From a virus: a stretch of DNA of 64,000 nt. A program made the translations under genes and the position numbers. Where the stretch lies: positions 14,751 to 78,750 of IMG/VR virus record IMGVR_UViG_3300044511_000233, one strand, 5' to 3'. Each line of letters opens with the position of its first letter. Position 1 is the first letter of the stretch. The notes beneath the pieces are model-generated. The model saw nothing but the letters and a program-made list of their open reading frames with translations, searched no databases and was not told the DNA's origin. Positions 55,023-64,000 of this stretch are shown in pieces.

Positions 55023-58000
55023 GCAGCTCCTGAAGCAACAGAGCGAATAAGCGTTCTCAAGGCGCCTTTGTTCTGAATATCGCGAGCAATGGTCACCACA
55101 ATATCCCGCTCGCTCGGCGGAGGAACCTGATCAGGCGAAACGACCCAAACGTTTGTGATGGACGGTTGCGCGGAGGAGGTGTTGTTGTCCGATTGAGAGA
55201 TACGATTCGGCCCCATCGCGTTCAACTGCGCCAGTCTCTCACGACCGATTGCATCGACCGCGCTCTTGCGCAGAACATATTCACCAGGGGTGAGCATCGC
55301 CGGTACAACGTCTCCACCACCGGCAAAGTATTGAACCGGGACAAGTCCCCCCGAGTTAAAGCCAAGAATGCCTTTAAGCCCGCCGATGGCATCGCCGATG
55401 AGACCTCCACTGTCAGTTACTTTCCCCCCAGCAATAGCGCCTCCACCGAAAAGACTTCTCAAGACTTGATGCGTCAGTGTCGTGCTGGCAATCTGTAAGA
55501 GTGACGCGATAATAGATTGTGCAAATGTGCGAAACGCATCCTTCCCTTTAACAGTTCCCGACACTAGGTTAACAAAGAACTGTTGAGACGAGGAGTCCAT
55601 CACTCCAAGTGACTGAGCCCAAATCCCCTGGATCTCCTCTGCAAAATTCTTAAACTTTCCTTGGGCATTAAAGTAACCATTCTGACTAAAGAACAATTGA
55701 GTTCCGCTAGAGAACGCATTACCAATGGAGCCCGAACCCGCCGACTGATCCTGTGTGTTCTTTCTCCCCTCAAGAACCCCAATCTCTTTCTCGAGCGCAG
55801 CCTGCTTCTCCTTAAGCGACGTGATCTTATCCTCGTCGATCAACCCAACCGAACGCGCCGCGGCGATCTGCTGCTCAAGCAATCGCTGTTCACGACGCCG
55901 CGCTTCGAGCTGAGTTTCAACTTCCAGCTTCCGTTCCGCATCAAAAAGCTGCTGCTGCGTTGATCGAATCTGTTCACCAGAATAACGACCAGGGAATCGC
56001 TCCTGTTCACGCACCTGCAGTTGCAGATTATCAACAATGCGCTTCTGTTCCTCCACGATCCGTTGTGAAATCAAGTCGGCGTTCTTAATAATCGTGTCTT
56101 GCGCTCGCTCACCGAACTTACGACGAATCTCCTCAATATCAGCAGTCTGCTGACCAGCCTCTTTGTCCTTGTTCGCGGGGTTGGCGCGGTAATCGGCGAT
56201 TTCGCGGTCCATCAACCCCTTCAAAGAACCGATCATCCCCGCGACGAGGTTCTGCACCTGTTGTGAGTCGACGGTCTGTTTGAGCACCCCCTGGGCCGTC
56301 TGCAGTGACTGCTCATCAGCCTTATTGGCCGCGCGGCCCCGAACCAGTCTCTCGAGAAAATCCTTACGCTCGACGACCGCTGCGGTGGCCTCTCGCGCCG
56401 ATCGTGTGATCGCTCCCTGTCCCTCGATCTCGGCCGCCAATTTCGGCGTCTTCTTATCGAAGAAGTCCGCGACCAGTTGCACGAAGTCACGCGCCAGAAT
56501 GTCAGGGTTCTTGTTTCCGCTGTTGAAGACGGCGCCTTGCCCAACAATATCCGCGGCGCGGCGCCCAGCGTTCGCCGGATCGAGGAGATCCAACCCTCCG
56601 CGCTGCCCCTGCTGATGAAGCAAGTAGAGATCGCGGTCGCTCGCCGCGCGGCCGAAACGAGCTTGGAAAGCCCCCTCGTCCTTGGCAATCTTCGCGAGAA
56701 CGTTCCGAACCTGATCCTCGACCGAGAAAATGTTGCCGCCGCCGTTCTCAGCAAAAGTGTCGGACCTGAACTGGAAGAGGCCACTGTGTTTTCCGTTCTG
56801 CGCATTCGGATTGAAGCCACTCTCGGCATTCGCGAGCGCAAGGAGGTAACCAAGTCGGTTCTGCGGAGCGAAGTGGGCGAGCTGCTGAGCAGGGGCGCCA
56901 CCAGCCTGCAGCAGATCTCTAGAGGACTGCACAGTAGAGCCGGAGCGGACAATGCCGGTGAGTTGATCGAAGAGCTTGTTCAATTCCTCGACGAGAATGC
57001 GAGCACGATCCGCCGTCGTGCCCGGCCGGTTCAATTCCCGTGTGATTTCGGTGATGTGCTTTTGCAGAGCGTCCTGCTCAGCCTTGATCGTTTCACCTTC
57101 ACGAGCAAGCAAGCGATCGATGATGCTTTTGCGGAGCTGACTCATCGTCTCCTCCGCGCTCTTAACGTTCTCCTCAGCCTTTTCCTTGATCTGAACAACA
57201 GCTTCGCGCTGCGAGTCGTTCAACTCCTTATTGAACCCGGCTTGGATCTCAACCTTCTCGATCTCAAGGTCACGACCTTTCTGGATGAGGGAGATGACCT
57301 CCGTCTCAATCTGATCAAGATCTCCTACATTGACCGCATTTCTTGCCCTCTTATTTGCGAGTGAGAGGGCAGCGCTGTTGGCTCGTTGACTCTGTGAATT
57401 GACAAGCTCCTGGAGCGGACGTGCAGCCTTTTCCAGGTCCCCTGCTTGATCAAGAGCAAACGTCCTGATCTTCGCCAAATCATCCTTGAGCTTCTGAAAA
57501 GCGATCTTTACGTCCTCAGGGTTCTTGCCTTCCCGCTGTAAATCCTGACTGACAACAGCGACCTGATATGCGTCTTCATTAACACGAGAAATAAGATCAG
57601 CGCGCAGCCGAGCGAACTGAGCAAGCTTGGCGACAGGAGAGTCCTTTGAGCCCTGAAGTTCTGACAGTCCTCTCTGAGCAACTCCCAAAGAACCCTCGAG
57701 CCGAGACTGCAGGCCACCGAAACGTGGATCGCTCTGCAACTCCGCAATACGACCGTTACGTTCCGCTTGATTGATGTCTACCTGCGTGCCCTGCAAGCCG
57801 GAAAGACGATTGATCTTCGCATTGAACTCAGTAAGAAGCGCCTCGAGAAGCTTCGTATCTCCTCCAGAGGTTCGGAGGGCACTCAAACCTGATGTGAGCG
57901 ATCCAGCCAAAGAACCATAAGAGCCGCGAACATCCGATAAGTTCAGCGTCGATGAGTTTGCGAAGAGGAAGGAGAGCAGGGGACCGAACTCGCTTCCAAG

Positions 58001-60451
58001 TCGGGAACGTAGTGCTCTCTCATTGTCCCCACGGAAAGCAAAACCGCTCTCTCCAATACCGCTGAAAATACGCCCCGCAGCACCAGCATCCTGCAGATCA
58101 GCGGCCTGAACATCGAGCCCCAACTTGGTTCTCAGCGTCTCACGCTGAATGGCAAAATTCTGGGGGAGAGCCTGCGAGAGCTCACCGCGGAGGGTGCGCA
58201 ACGCCGAAATCAGTTCAGAGACCGTTGTGGTGCTGAGCTGTACGTTCAGCCCGAAATTCGAGAAGTCTTTCTGCGCCTGCAGAATCGCTTCTCGACGTGC
58301 GAAACCATCTTTGTTCAGCTTGTCCTGCTTATCGATGAGATCGCCGATCGTCTTGTCCAGCGTGCTCAGCGTCGTCTCAGTCTGTTGTTGCTGCGACATG
58401 AGGTCGTTAAGCGACGTCTGGGCGTCATCGATGCGTTTCTGGAGTGGGGAAGGGCCAGAGAAGGCAGCAACGCCGGCGATGGCTCCAGCGGTCGCCGTAG
58501 CGATCCCCAGGGCAATAGCAACCGGATTGGCGGCGAGCGCCGCCAAAGAAACGTTGAACGCTCCTGCCGCTGTCGTAGCGGAAATGAAGCCCGCCGCGAG
58601 GCTGCCGATTCCTCGAGCGACCTGAACCGCCCATGCCCCTGCGGCGCCCGTCGCGCCCGCGATCCCGAGCGTCCCCAGGATCGGCAGCACAGGACCAAGC
58701 TTGTTGGCGGCGTCAGCCACGACACCGAGGCCGACGCCGAGAGCCTTCAGCGCTTCGACCATAGGCGCCAGTCCGCGGTCGGTCAGAGCAACAGTCTTGT
58801 TCCCTAGAGCCGTCCAGATCGCCGTTAAGCTCTCAGATGCTTTGGCGGCCCCCTCTACTGCCGCGTTAGAGAGCTGCATCGACTCCTGGAGCGCCTTCAC
58901 ACGATCAAGACGGCTCGTTAGTGTCGTGAACGCCGAGGCGGCGCGAAGATCGAGCGACTTCAGCGCTTCAGCGGAACCAAACCCTTTCGATGTCAAATTC
59001 TCAAGAACACCGACCAAACCGTTTGCTCGGATATCGATCTGATCCAGTCCGATACCGAGATCCTTTAGCAGGGCCTTCAGTTTGTCAGTCGGAGAGATCA
59101 ACTCTTGAATGAGCTGCCGCGTGCCGGTGCCGGCGGTCGAGCCGCTCTTGATGCCACCCTGCGCAAGTCCCGCAAGAACAGATGTGAGTTCAGTAAACGA
59201 GACACCACTCTCATTGGCGATGTTCGCCGCGTAGGATAGACCTTGTCCAAGCTGCGTAACCGTCAGGCGCGTCTTGTTGAGCGCCGTGGTGATCGTGTTG
59301 GCAATGTCGGGAGTTTTCTCAGCCGCCAGATTGTAAGCACCAAGCGCAGTTGTCAGAAGCTCGGTCGACTCCTTCAAGCTCGCGCCTGATGCCGTGGCCA
59401 AATTGATGACCGTTGGGAGTGTCTTCGTGACCTCCGCGGCAGAGAGACCAGTCTGGCCGAGGGTGGTTGCGACCTCAGTCAGATCCTTCAGTGAGAACCT
59501 CGAGGCAGCGCCCAGATCGAGAAGCTGACCTTTGAAGGTCCCCATCTCCTTATTGGTCGTCTGCGTGATCGCCTGAAAGCGGATCAGTCCGTCATCCAGC
59601 TCATTGACGGCGCCGAGGAGCTGACGAATGGCGAGGATGGAGGCGCCGATTGTCGCGTAATCGGCAAAGATCCGGATGCGGTTCTCGAAGCCGGAGGCGA
59701 TTCCCTCCGGCGATGACTGGTAAGCCCGACGATCCACGTCGCGCTGACGACGCTCGTCCGCCGAGCGCGCTAAACGGTCAGCGCGCCGAGCGGCCGCATC
59801 AGCCTCACGTTGCGTCTTCGCGTCGGCCCGCTCCGCATCGCGTTCAGCCTTACGCGCCGCGCGATCAGCATCCTCCCTCGCCTTGAATTCCGCATACGAC
59901 GTGATGCCGGCAAAACGCTCGGTGCGCTTCCCTTCCGACACAATACGCTGACCGATAACTCCGCTGACCGCTCTCGGATCATTGAAGACACGAGTCAACG
60001 CCTCAACGTCGGTAACAGACTTAGTGAGACGCGCTTGAATAGCCTCAGCAGTTGTCTTGAGTAGCCGCTCGGTGGCTTTCGTGGACTCTTCAATGAGCCT
60101 AGCCTGGACCTGCTGTGTGGTCGTGTTAATTGAGTTCTTAAGGGCACCTACGTGGAAGTTGACAAGCTGATCGTCACGAAGTGTGCCCTTATTGACGGAA
60201 GGACTATCCAGAATCGATTGCTTGGCACGATTATCGCCTGCGGACTGTGCCCTTAGACCGTCAAGGATTTGCTTGAGCGCTTTTGCTTCAGCAGCAGTTT
60301 TCTTGGCAGCCGATGCGGCATTGACGAATTGATCTCGAAGTTGGGCCGCATTCGTCAGGGCGTCTTCTAACTGACTCGTTAGTTGCGCTACACCCTGACC
60401 AATATCTTTGGCCTCAGCTTGAACATCTAATTCGAGTTTACCGTCTGCCAC
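55019..60451 (-). CDS. Tape measure protein with internal lytic transglycosylase domain
   Basis: 1810 aa, TP901-like core, AESGFNPNA....SGLFQF SLT motif, VPAMLTPGEYV. Confidence 0.95.
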   Translation of the reverse strand: MADGKLELDVQAEAKDIGQGVAQLTSQLEDALTNAAQLRDQFVNAASAAKKTAAEAKALKQILDGLRAQSAGDNRAKQSILDSPSVNKGTLRDDQLVNFHVGALKNSINTTTQQVQARLIEESTKATERLLKTTAEAIQARLTKSVTDVEALTRVFNDPRAVSGVIGQRIVSEGKRTERFAGITSYAEFKAREDADRAARKAERDAERADAKTQREADAAARRADRLARSADERRQRDVDRRAYQSSPEGIASGFENRIRIFADYATIGASILAIRQLLGAVNELDDGLIRFQAITQTTNKEMGTFKGQLLDLGAASRFSLKDLTEVATTLGQTGLSAAEVTKTLPTVINLATASGASLKESTELLTTALGAYNLAAEKTPDIANTITTALNKTRLTVTQLGQGLSYAANIANESGVSFTELTSVLAGLAQGGIKSGSTAGTGTRQLIQELISPTDKLKALLKDLGIGLDQIDIRANGLVGVLENLTSKGFGSAEALKSLDLRAASAFTTLTSRLDRVKALQESMQLSNAAVEGAAKASESLTAIWTALGNKTVALTDRGLAPMVEALKALGVGLGVVADAANKLGPVLPILGTLGIAGATGAAGAWAVQVARGIGSLAAGFISATTAAGAFNVSLAALAANPVAIALGIATATAGAIAGVAAFSGPSPLQKRIDDAQTSLNDLMSQQQQTETTLSTLDKTIGDLIDKQDKLNKDGFARREAILQAQKDFSNFGLNVQLSTTTVSELISALRTLRGELSQALPQNFAIQRETLRTKLGLDVQAADLQDAGAAGRIFSGIGESGFAFRGDNERALRSRLGSEFGPLLSFLFANSSTLNLSDVRGSYGSLAGSLTSGLSALRTSGGDTKLLEALLTEFNAKINRLSGLQGTQVDINQAERNGRIAELQSDPRFGGLQSRLEGSLGVAQRGLSELQGSKDSPVAKLAQFARLRADLISRVNEDAYQVAVVSQDLQREGKNPEDVKIAFQKLKDDLAKIRTFALDQAGDLEKAARPLQELVNSQSQRANSAALSLANKRARNAVNVGDLDQIETEVISLIQKGRDLEIEKVEIQAGFNKELNDSQREAVVQIKEKAEENVKSAEETMSQLRKSIIDRLLAREGETIKAEQDALQKHITEITRELNRPGTTADRARILVEELNKLFDQLTGIVRSGSTVQSSRDLLQAGGAPAQQLAHFAPQNRLGYLLALANAESGFNPNAQNGKHSGLFQFRSDTFAENGGGNIFSVEDQVRNVLAKIAKDEGAFQARFGRAASDRDLYLLHQQGQRGGLDLLDPANAGRRAADIVGQGAVFNSGNKNPDILARDFVQLVADFFDKKTPKLAAEIEGQGAITRSAREATAAVVERKDFLERLVRGRAANKADEQSLQTAQGVLKQTVDSQQVQNLVAGMIGSLKGLMDREIADYRANPANKDKEAGQQTADIEEIRRKFGERAQDTIIKNADLISQRIVEEQKRIVDNLQLQVREQERFPGRYSGEQIRSTQQQLFDAERKLEVETQLEARRREQRLLEQQIAAARSVGLIDEDKITSLKEKQAALEKEIGVLEGRKNTQDQSAGSGSIGNAFSSGTQLFFSQNGYFNAQGKFKNFAEEIQGIWAQSLGVMDSSSQQFFVNLVSGTVKGKDAFRTFAQSIIASLLQIASTTLTHQVLRSLFGGGAIAGGKVTDSGGLIGDAIGGLKGILGFNSGGLVPVQYFAGGGDVVPAMLTPGEYVLRKSAVDAIGRERLAQLNAMGPNRISQSDNNTSSAQPSITNVWVVSPDQVPPPSERDIVVTIARDIQNKGALRTLIRSVASGAA

Positions 60452-61080
60452 TTACACTCCTCGCATCATTTCCTGGATACTGGACTCCATATCCTCAATG
60501 GAAGAATGTTCTTCAGCGGTTTTATTATTCCCAAAGATTTGTGATGCGACGAGGATAAGAGATTCTGTAAAAGAGTTCGCTCTCACTATCTCCTGCTCCA
60601 TCCTCAACCGCACCATAGTCTCGAGATCATATTTGGTGTGAGACCAATAGATGGTATCGAGAGCGGAGGGTCGAGTATTGAACGTAAGAACGATAGACTG
60701 CTCGAAACTTAGGGAGCTAATCCACTCAACAACGACCCGAGTTTCTCCAGGTCCCCCCTCCGACCCTCGATCGCCCCCAGGCTCGACTGAAGGCGCCTCA
60801 TAAAAAAATCGAGAAGATGCGCCTTCACCCAGTCGAAAATCTGATAGGCCTCGTCTGGAGTAAGTTCAGGCATGACGAAATCTTCACACTGCCCAGACTG
60901 ACTCCTCGGCGCCAACACTGTCACGAGAACCTGCATTGCAAGTTCCGGTTCGAGGTCCAGCACCGTAGCTTTGTTAGGGTCTCCAACAAGCTTGGTGAGC
61001 TCGTTGAGAAGTCCATAGGACATCAGGATTTCGCGGCCCTCGACGGCAATTTTTGGATTGAGTGTTTTTGGATCAGACAT
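60452..61080 (-). CDS. Tail assembly chaperone GT via -1 frameshift at 60802-60808
   Basis: T-TTT-TTT slippery site; -1 frame open to TAA 60452-60454, directly before the TMP start. Confidence 0.85.
60709..61080 (-). CDS. Tail assembly chaperone G
   Basis: Between the major tail and TMP genes; GAGGG RBS. Confidence 0.85.
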   Translation of the reverse strand: MSDPKTLNPKIAVEGREILMSYGLLNELTKLVGDPNKATVLDLEPELAMQVLVTVLAPRSQSGQCEDFVMPELTPDEAYQIFDWVKAHLLDFFMRRLQSSLGAIEGRRGDLEKLGSLLSGLAP

Positions 61081-61131
61081 GAAACCCTCACAGCGCGGCC
61101 TAAAGAAGAAATGGGAAAACAGCGCACAAAT

Positions 61132-61160
61132 AAAAAGAGCCGCCTCCTGGCGGCTCTTCT
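61132..61160 (-). terminator. Intrinsic terminator after the major tail gene
   Basis: AAGAGCCGCC-AGGA-GGCGGCTCTT-TTT on the - strand. Confidence 0.8.
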
Positions 61161-61176
61161 CGCGAACCAAGAGGAA

Positions 61177-61980
61177 TTACCCCTTGGTGATGTGCAACCT
61201 CTGCGAAAAATCGGCATGGTAGCCGACGTCTGACGCAAGGGGCGTGTAGCAAGTGAACTCGAAGGGCATGCTGCCGAAGTTCTCGGTCAAAAACCGGAGG
61301 TTGAAACCCTTCAGAATACGGATTTTCGGAAGATGCAGGACGAACGGGCGCTTCGTCCCCTTCTCCGTGCCGACGATGCGAGCACAGTGGAACTGCGAGA
61401 TCGCCTCCGGGTTATAGTCGATCTTGCTGAGCAGACCAACGCGGCCGTTCGCAGCCGAGAAGTTCATGCCGGTAGGGACCGGGTAGCCTGTAAAGGTGAC
61501 CGTCGTGTCCGGCGCCGAGTAAGCGCTCGAGACCACCTTGGCGATATGCACGACAGAATCGGTACCTTCCTGGATGAAGAAGTATTTGCCTACCGTGAAC
61601 TCCGTCGTCACATCCGTGGCGATCTTGAGAGTCGTAGCCGCCGGCGCCACCGCTTCCACAAGAGCATGCGGCGTGGTGACAAGCTCGTCAAAATTCGTAA
61701 GCGTTCCGTCCAGCGCGAGCCCATACGCAAGATTGCGAGCCGTGTATTCGAAGACGTTCAACGACACCTGAATGTTGTTGGCCGTGACCTGCTGATCGAC
61801 GACGTCGTTAAAAATGCCCTGGGTCAAACTGGCGATCTGGGGATCCGAATTGATCACAACATCCTTGACAAGGCCAAGGGAGTGAGCCGCTTCATTGAGC
61901 GTCAGAAAATCAGCCTGCTTGGCGACGAGCACCGAAGCCGACGAGAACAGAAATTTGTTGGTCTTCGCGTAGCCGGCCAT
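61177..61980 (-). CDS. Major tail tube protein
   Basis: Position, AGGAG RBS, strong codon bias, FGSMPFEF motif. Confidence 0.8.
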   Translation of the reverse strand: MAGYAKTNKFLFSSASVLVAKQADFLTLNEAAHSLGLVKDVVINSDPQIASLTQGIFNDVVDQQVTANNIQVSLNVFEYTARNLAYGLALDGTLTNFDELVTTPHALVEAVAPAATTLKIATDVTTEFTVGKYFFIQEGTDSVVHIAKVVSSAYSAPDTTVTFTGYPVPTGMNFSAANGRVGLLSKIDYNPEAISQFHCARIVGTEKGTKRPFVLHLPKIRILKGFNLRFLTENFGSMPFEFTCYTPLASDVGYHADFSQRLHITKG

Positions 61981-62041
61981 TTTGGTCTCCTGAAACAGGG
62001 CTCGAGCGCTGGCCCTGATATCGGGAGAGACAAAGAATAGA

Positions 62042-62464
62042 TCAAGTTAATGTAATAAGAGCTGACCCTTGAACTGCTTGAGCAACGCGTGTTTCAAAAC
62101 GATTTAATGGGTGTACAGCAGCCCCGTTAGTAAAGATGGCCTTACCAATCTCCAACCCTGTATCAGGATGATAGATAGGAAACTCTTGCTCAGGCTGCAT
62201 AAGTCGATAGAAAAAATCGGTATACTCACTAATGCGAAATAGATTAGGATCATTGAGAGTGCCTGCAATCACACCGAAGGTGATTCGATGCAGCTTCCCT
62301 TCATTATTGATTGAGAACGCTGAAAGACCCACTAAATCAGTGGATGGAAGCGACTGTATGTCTGAACCTTCATCCCAATCAATATACTCAGTGCCTGCAG
62401 GCTTGTTCTCGTTAATGAACGAGATCGTGGAAAGACGCGCGGCGCGGAAGAAGGGTAGGGTCAT
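62042..62464 (-). CDS. Putative tail terminator/completion protein
   Basis: ~140 aa directly upstream of the major tail gene. Confidence 0.5.
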   Translation of the reverse strand: MTLPFFRAARLSTISFINENKPAGTEYIDWDEGSDIQSLPSTDLVGLSAFSINNEGKLHRITFGVIAGTLNDPNLFRISEYTDFFYRLMQPEQEFPIYHPDTGLEIGKAIFTNGAAVHPLNRFETRVAQAVQGSALITLT

Positions 62465-62859
62465 GAAGAGGATGTGGGGCGTTGCAGAAGCTCTTTGAAG
62501 GGAGAGTAAGTGCGTCCGGAACACGTTCCGATAACTGAAATCAAACTATTCTGATCAATATTCGAAACAATGGTCTCCCCTGAGAACCCATATACAACAT
62601 AACTTAATCCAGCATACCCGCCGTAACTATTTTTTGCATTCACCCTAATACATACGAGCCAATGATCGAAGCCCCTATCGTTTCCACGAAACGGCTCACT
62701 GATCGTCGGGTCAAGAATCGAGCTTGGGTCCTTGAAATTCTCACGAACATTTTGAACTATCGCCGCTCGATATTTCGTAGGAGGTGAGGTCACCAGGGCT
62801 TGGTGGGTTGACGAACACGCCGAAAGAAACAAAAAAGTAACAAGGGGGATCAAGCGCAT
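62461..62859 (-). CDS. Lipoprotein moron
   Basis: Lipobox LSAC; KDP.S...C..VNAKNSYGGYAG. Confidence 0.8.
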   Translation of the reverse strand: MRLIPLVTFLFLSACSSTHQALVTSPPTKYRAAIVQNVRENFKDPSSILDPTISEPFRGNDRGFDHWLVCIRVNAKNSYGGYAGLSYVVYGFSGETIVSNIDQNSLISVIGTCSGRTYSPFKELLQRPTSSS

Positions 62860-63305
62860 GGTTCAAACCTCACCAGATATTCGTCATTATACCCATCCCG
62901 ACGACCACCGTATGTGGTTCTTGTTACATCCACAATCCGAAGGATGCCAGTAGGAAGATGAAGTTCCGTGCCTCGTCGGTGTTCACGCGAGAAATGACGC
63001 ATGTCCTCAAGCCACGAGGGGTCTTTGATACTACGCTTTACCCATTTTCGGTTATACCGGTGCTTAAATGCTAATGTAGGCTGATAAATAGTGACCCAAG
63101 TGTCATGAGGGGACCAACCCTCTTCAAGAGTCGAAACCTCGAGCCCAATCTTGGTCTTCTCTAAATCCTTCGTCCATTCATGACACTCTGGAGACAGAAG
63201 AATAGTTCGATCGGGGAGTTGAGCTTTCAAATACTCAATAAAAACAACCCCAGCTTCAGATATTAATCTCCCATAAGAGGCTGCTAGAGCCGTGATATCA
63301 CTCAT
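62850..63305 (-). CDS. Hypothetical protein
   Basis: Overlaps both neighbours. Confidence 0.55.
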   Translation of the reverse strand: MSDITALAASYGRLISEAGVVFIEYLKAQLPDRTILLSPECHEWTKDLEKTKIGLEVSTLEEGWSPHDTWVTIYQPTLAFKHRYNRKWVKRSIKDPSWLEDMRHFSREHRRGTELHLPTGILRIVDVTRTTYGGRRDGYNDEYLVRFEPCA

Positions 63306-63999
63306 CACCAACCTTGCCTAGTTTGAAGCGGGTCTTGAGAGACGTAGCCACCACATCAGGAAAACGTTGAAGAACATAATATGCTATTAGAGGCGCGACA
63401 AGTGGTCTCTGCACTGGCCGACCGAAATTTTTCAGTTTATCAGCGACCTCTGCCTCCATGAGGCGAGCAAGAAGACCTTTATCCGAATCTCTTGCTCCGA
63501 GCCCGACTAGTTTGTTTGCCGAGAGACCCGATTCATCTTTCAAAAACGGAAAGCTCGTCAGATTGATTCCCGTCTTCTTGGAGCCCAGCATTGCGATTGT
63601 AATCTTACCCACTTTTCCGGGTTCGTCTGTTGGTATGAAAGAGATCGTGGGACGTAGCACATTCTGCAGAAAGGGAGCAAAGCTCGTCTGCATTTTCTCG
63701 AGCAACTCACCAGTATGTACGAAGTAGGTCGTCAGTCCCTGCTTGTTGCGGATCGTACGCGTCGAGAGGGCAGGCCATGACATGGTCAGATCAGGGTTCG
63801 ACACGCCAACAGGTGAGAATGCCGATTTGAAGGCGTCGCCACTCTCATATGAAGGCATTTGAATGCGAAGAGGGGTCTTACCGTCAGTATTGGATTTCAA
63901 ATGGAAGAAAAACTGGAGCATCTGACGCGCATAAATCTCGATGTCGTTCCTGACATGGTCCTGAACCGCAGCAAGTCGCTCGACCGTTTTCTCTTTAGC
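63298..63999 (-). CDS. Putative neck/tail-completion protein (5' end outside window)
   Basis: Frame open to the window edge; W.ALS..TI..K and RPL..P motifs. Confidence 0.55.
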   Translation of the reverse strand, partial: AKEKTVERLAAVQDHVRNDIEIYARQMLQFFFHLKSNTDGKTPLRIQMPSYESGDAFKSAFSPVGVSNPDLTMSWPALSTRTIRNKQGLTTYFVHTGELLEKMQTSFAPFLQNVLRPTISFIPTDEPGKVGKITIAMLGSKKTGINLTSFPFLKDESGLSANKLVGLGARDSDKGLLARLMEAEVADKLKNFGRPVQRPLVAPLIAYYVLQRFPDVVATSLKTRFKLGKVGDE

Positions 64000-64000
64000 A

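Noticed and set aside
55166-60064. Numerous + strand ORFs opposite the tape measure gene (and similar ones opposite pol, ligase, sbcC)
   Set aside because: Typical antisense open frames of GC-rich coding DNA, without RBS or motifs.

Overview
The whole 64 kb is one temperate, long-tailed (siphovirus-type) phage genome segment. The host is probably an alphaproteobacterium, inferred from the GcrA-like gene, the RlpA gene and the tRNA-Pro sequence. No host chromosome is visible. The + strand carries, in order: a prim-pol/SF3 primase-helicase cut by the window edge; a non-coding zone where strand composition flips (~2.45-3.45 kb); a long early region of small genes separated by repeated, structured intergenic elements (3.4-20 kb), which includes a Pnkp-type phosphatase broken by a NUDIX moron plus an IS5-family element; xis-int followed by an attP-like tRNA-Pro(TGG) 5' half; an HTH regulator; and a replication/nucleotide-metabolism block (SF2 helicase, 5'-3' exonuclease, family A DNA polymerase, MazG-like, ATP ligase, kinase, ThyX, dCMP deaminase, resolvase, SbcCD, dNTP diphosphohydrolase). 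The - strand (40.6-64 kb) carries the lysis cassette, tail fibre, three paralogous tip proteins, lambda-like J/I/K/L/M tail-tip genes, tape measure, a G/GT chaperone with a -1 frameshift, and major tail and neck genes. The most unusual signals are: (1) an attP carrying the 5' rather than 3' half of tRNA-Pro(UGG) with a candidate promoter in the int 3' end, so the lysogen's restored tRNA would be phage-driven; (2) a family of polarised CGC(C/T)CACAGCC repeats with hairpins and TTGCCA-N2-TGGCAA operators organising the early region; (3) an unannotated RHH-like gene with a perfect 20-bp palindrome heading the lysis genes; (4) three HNH proteins that have each lost the catalytic His. All family calls come from motif recognition by eye, and no database searches were run.
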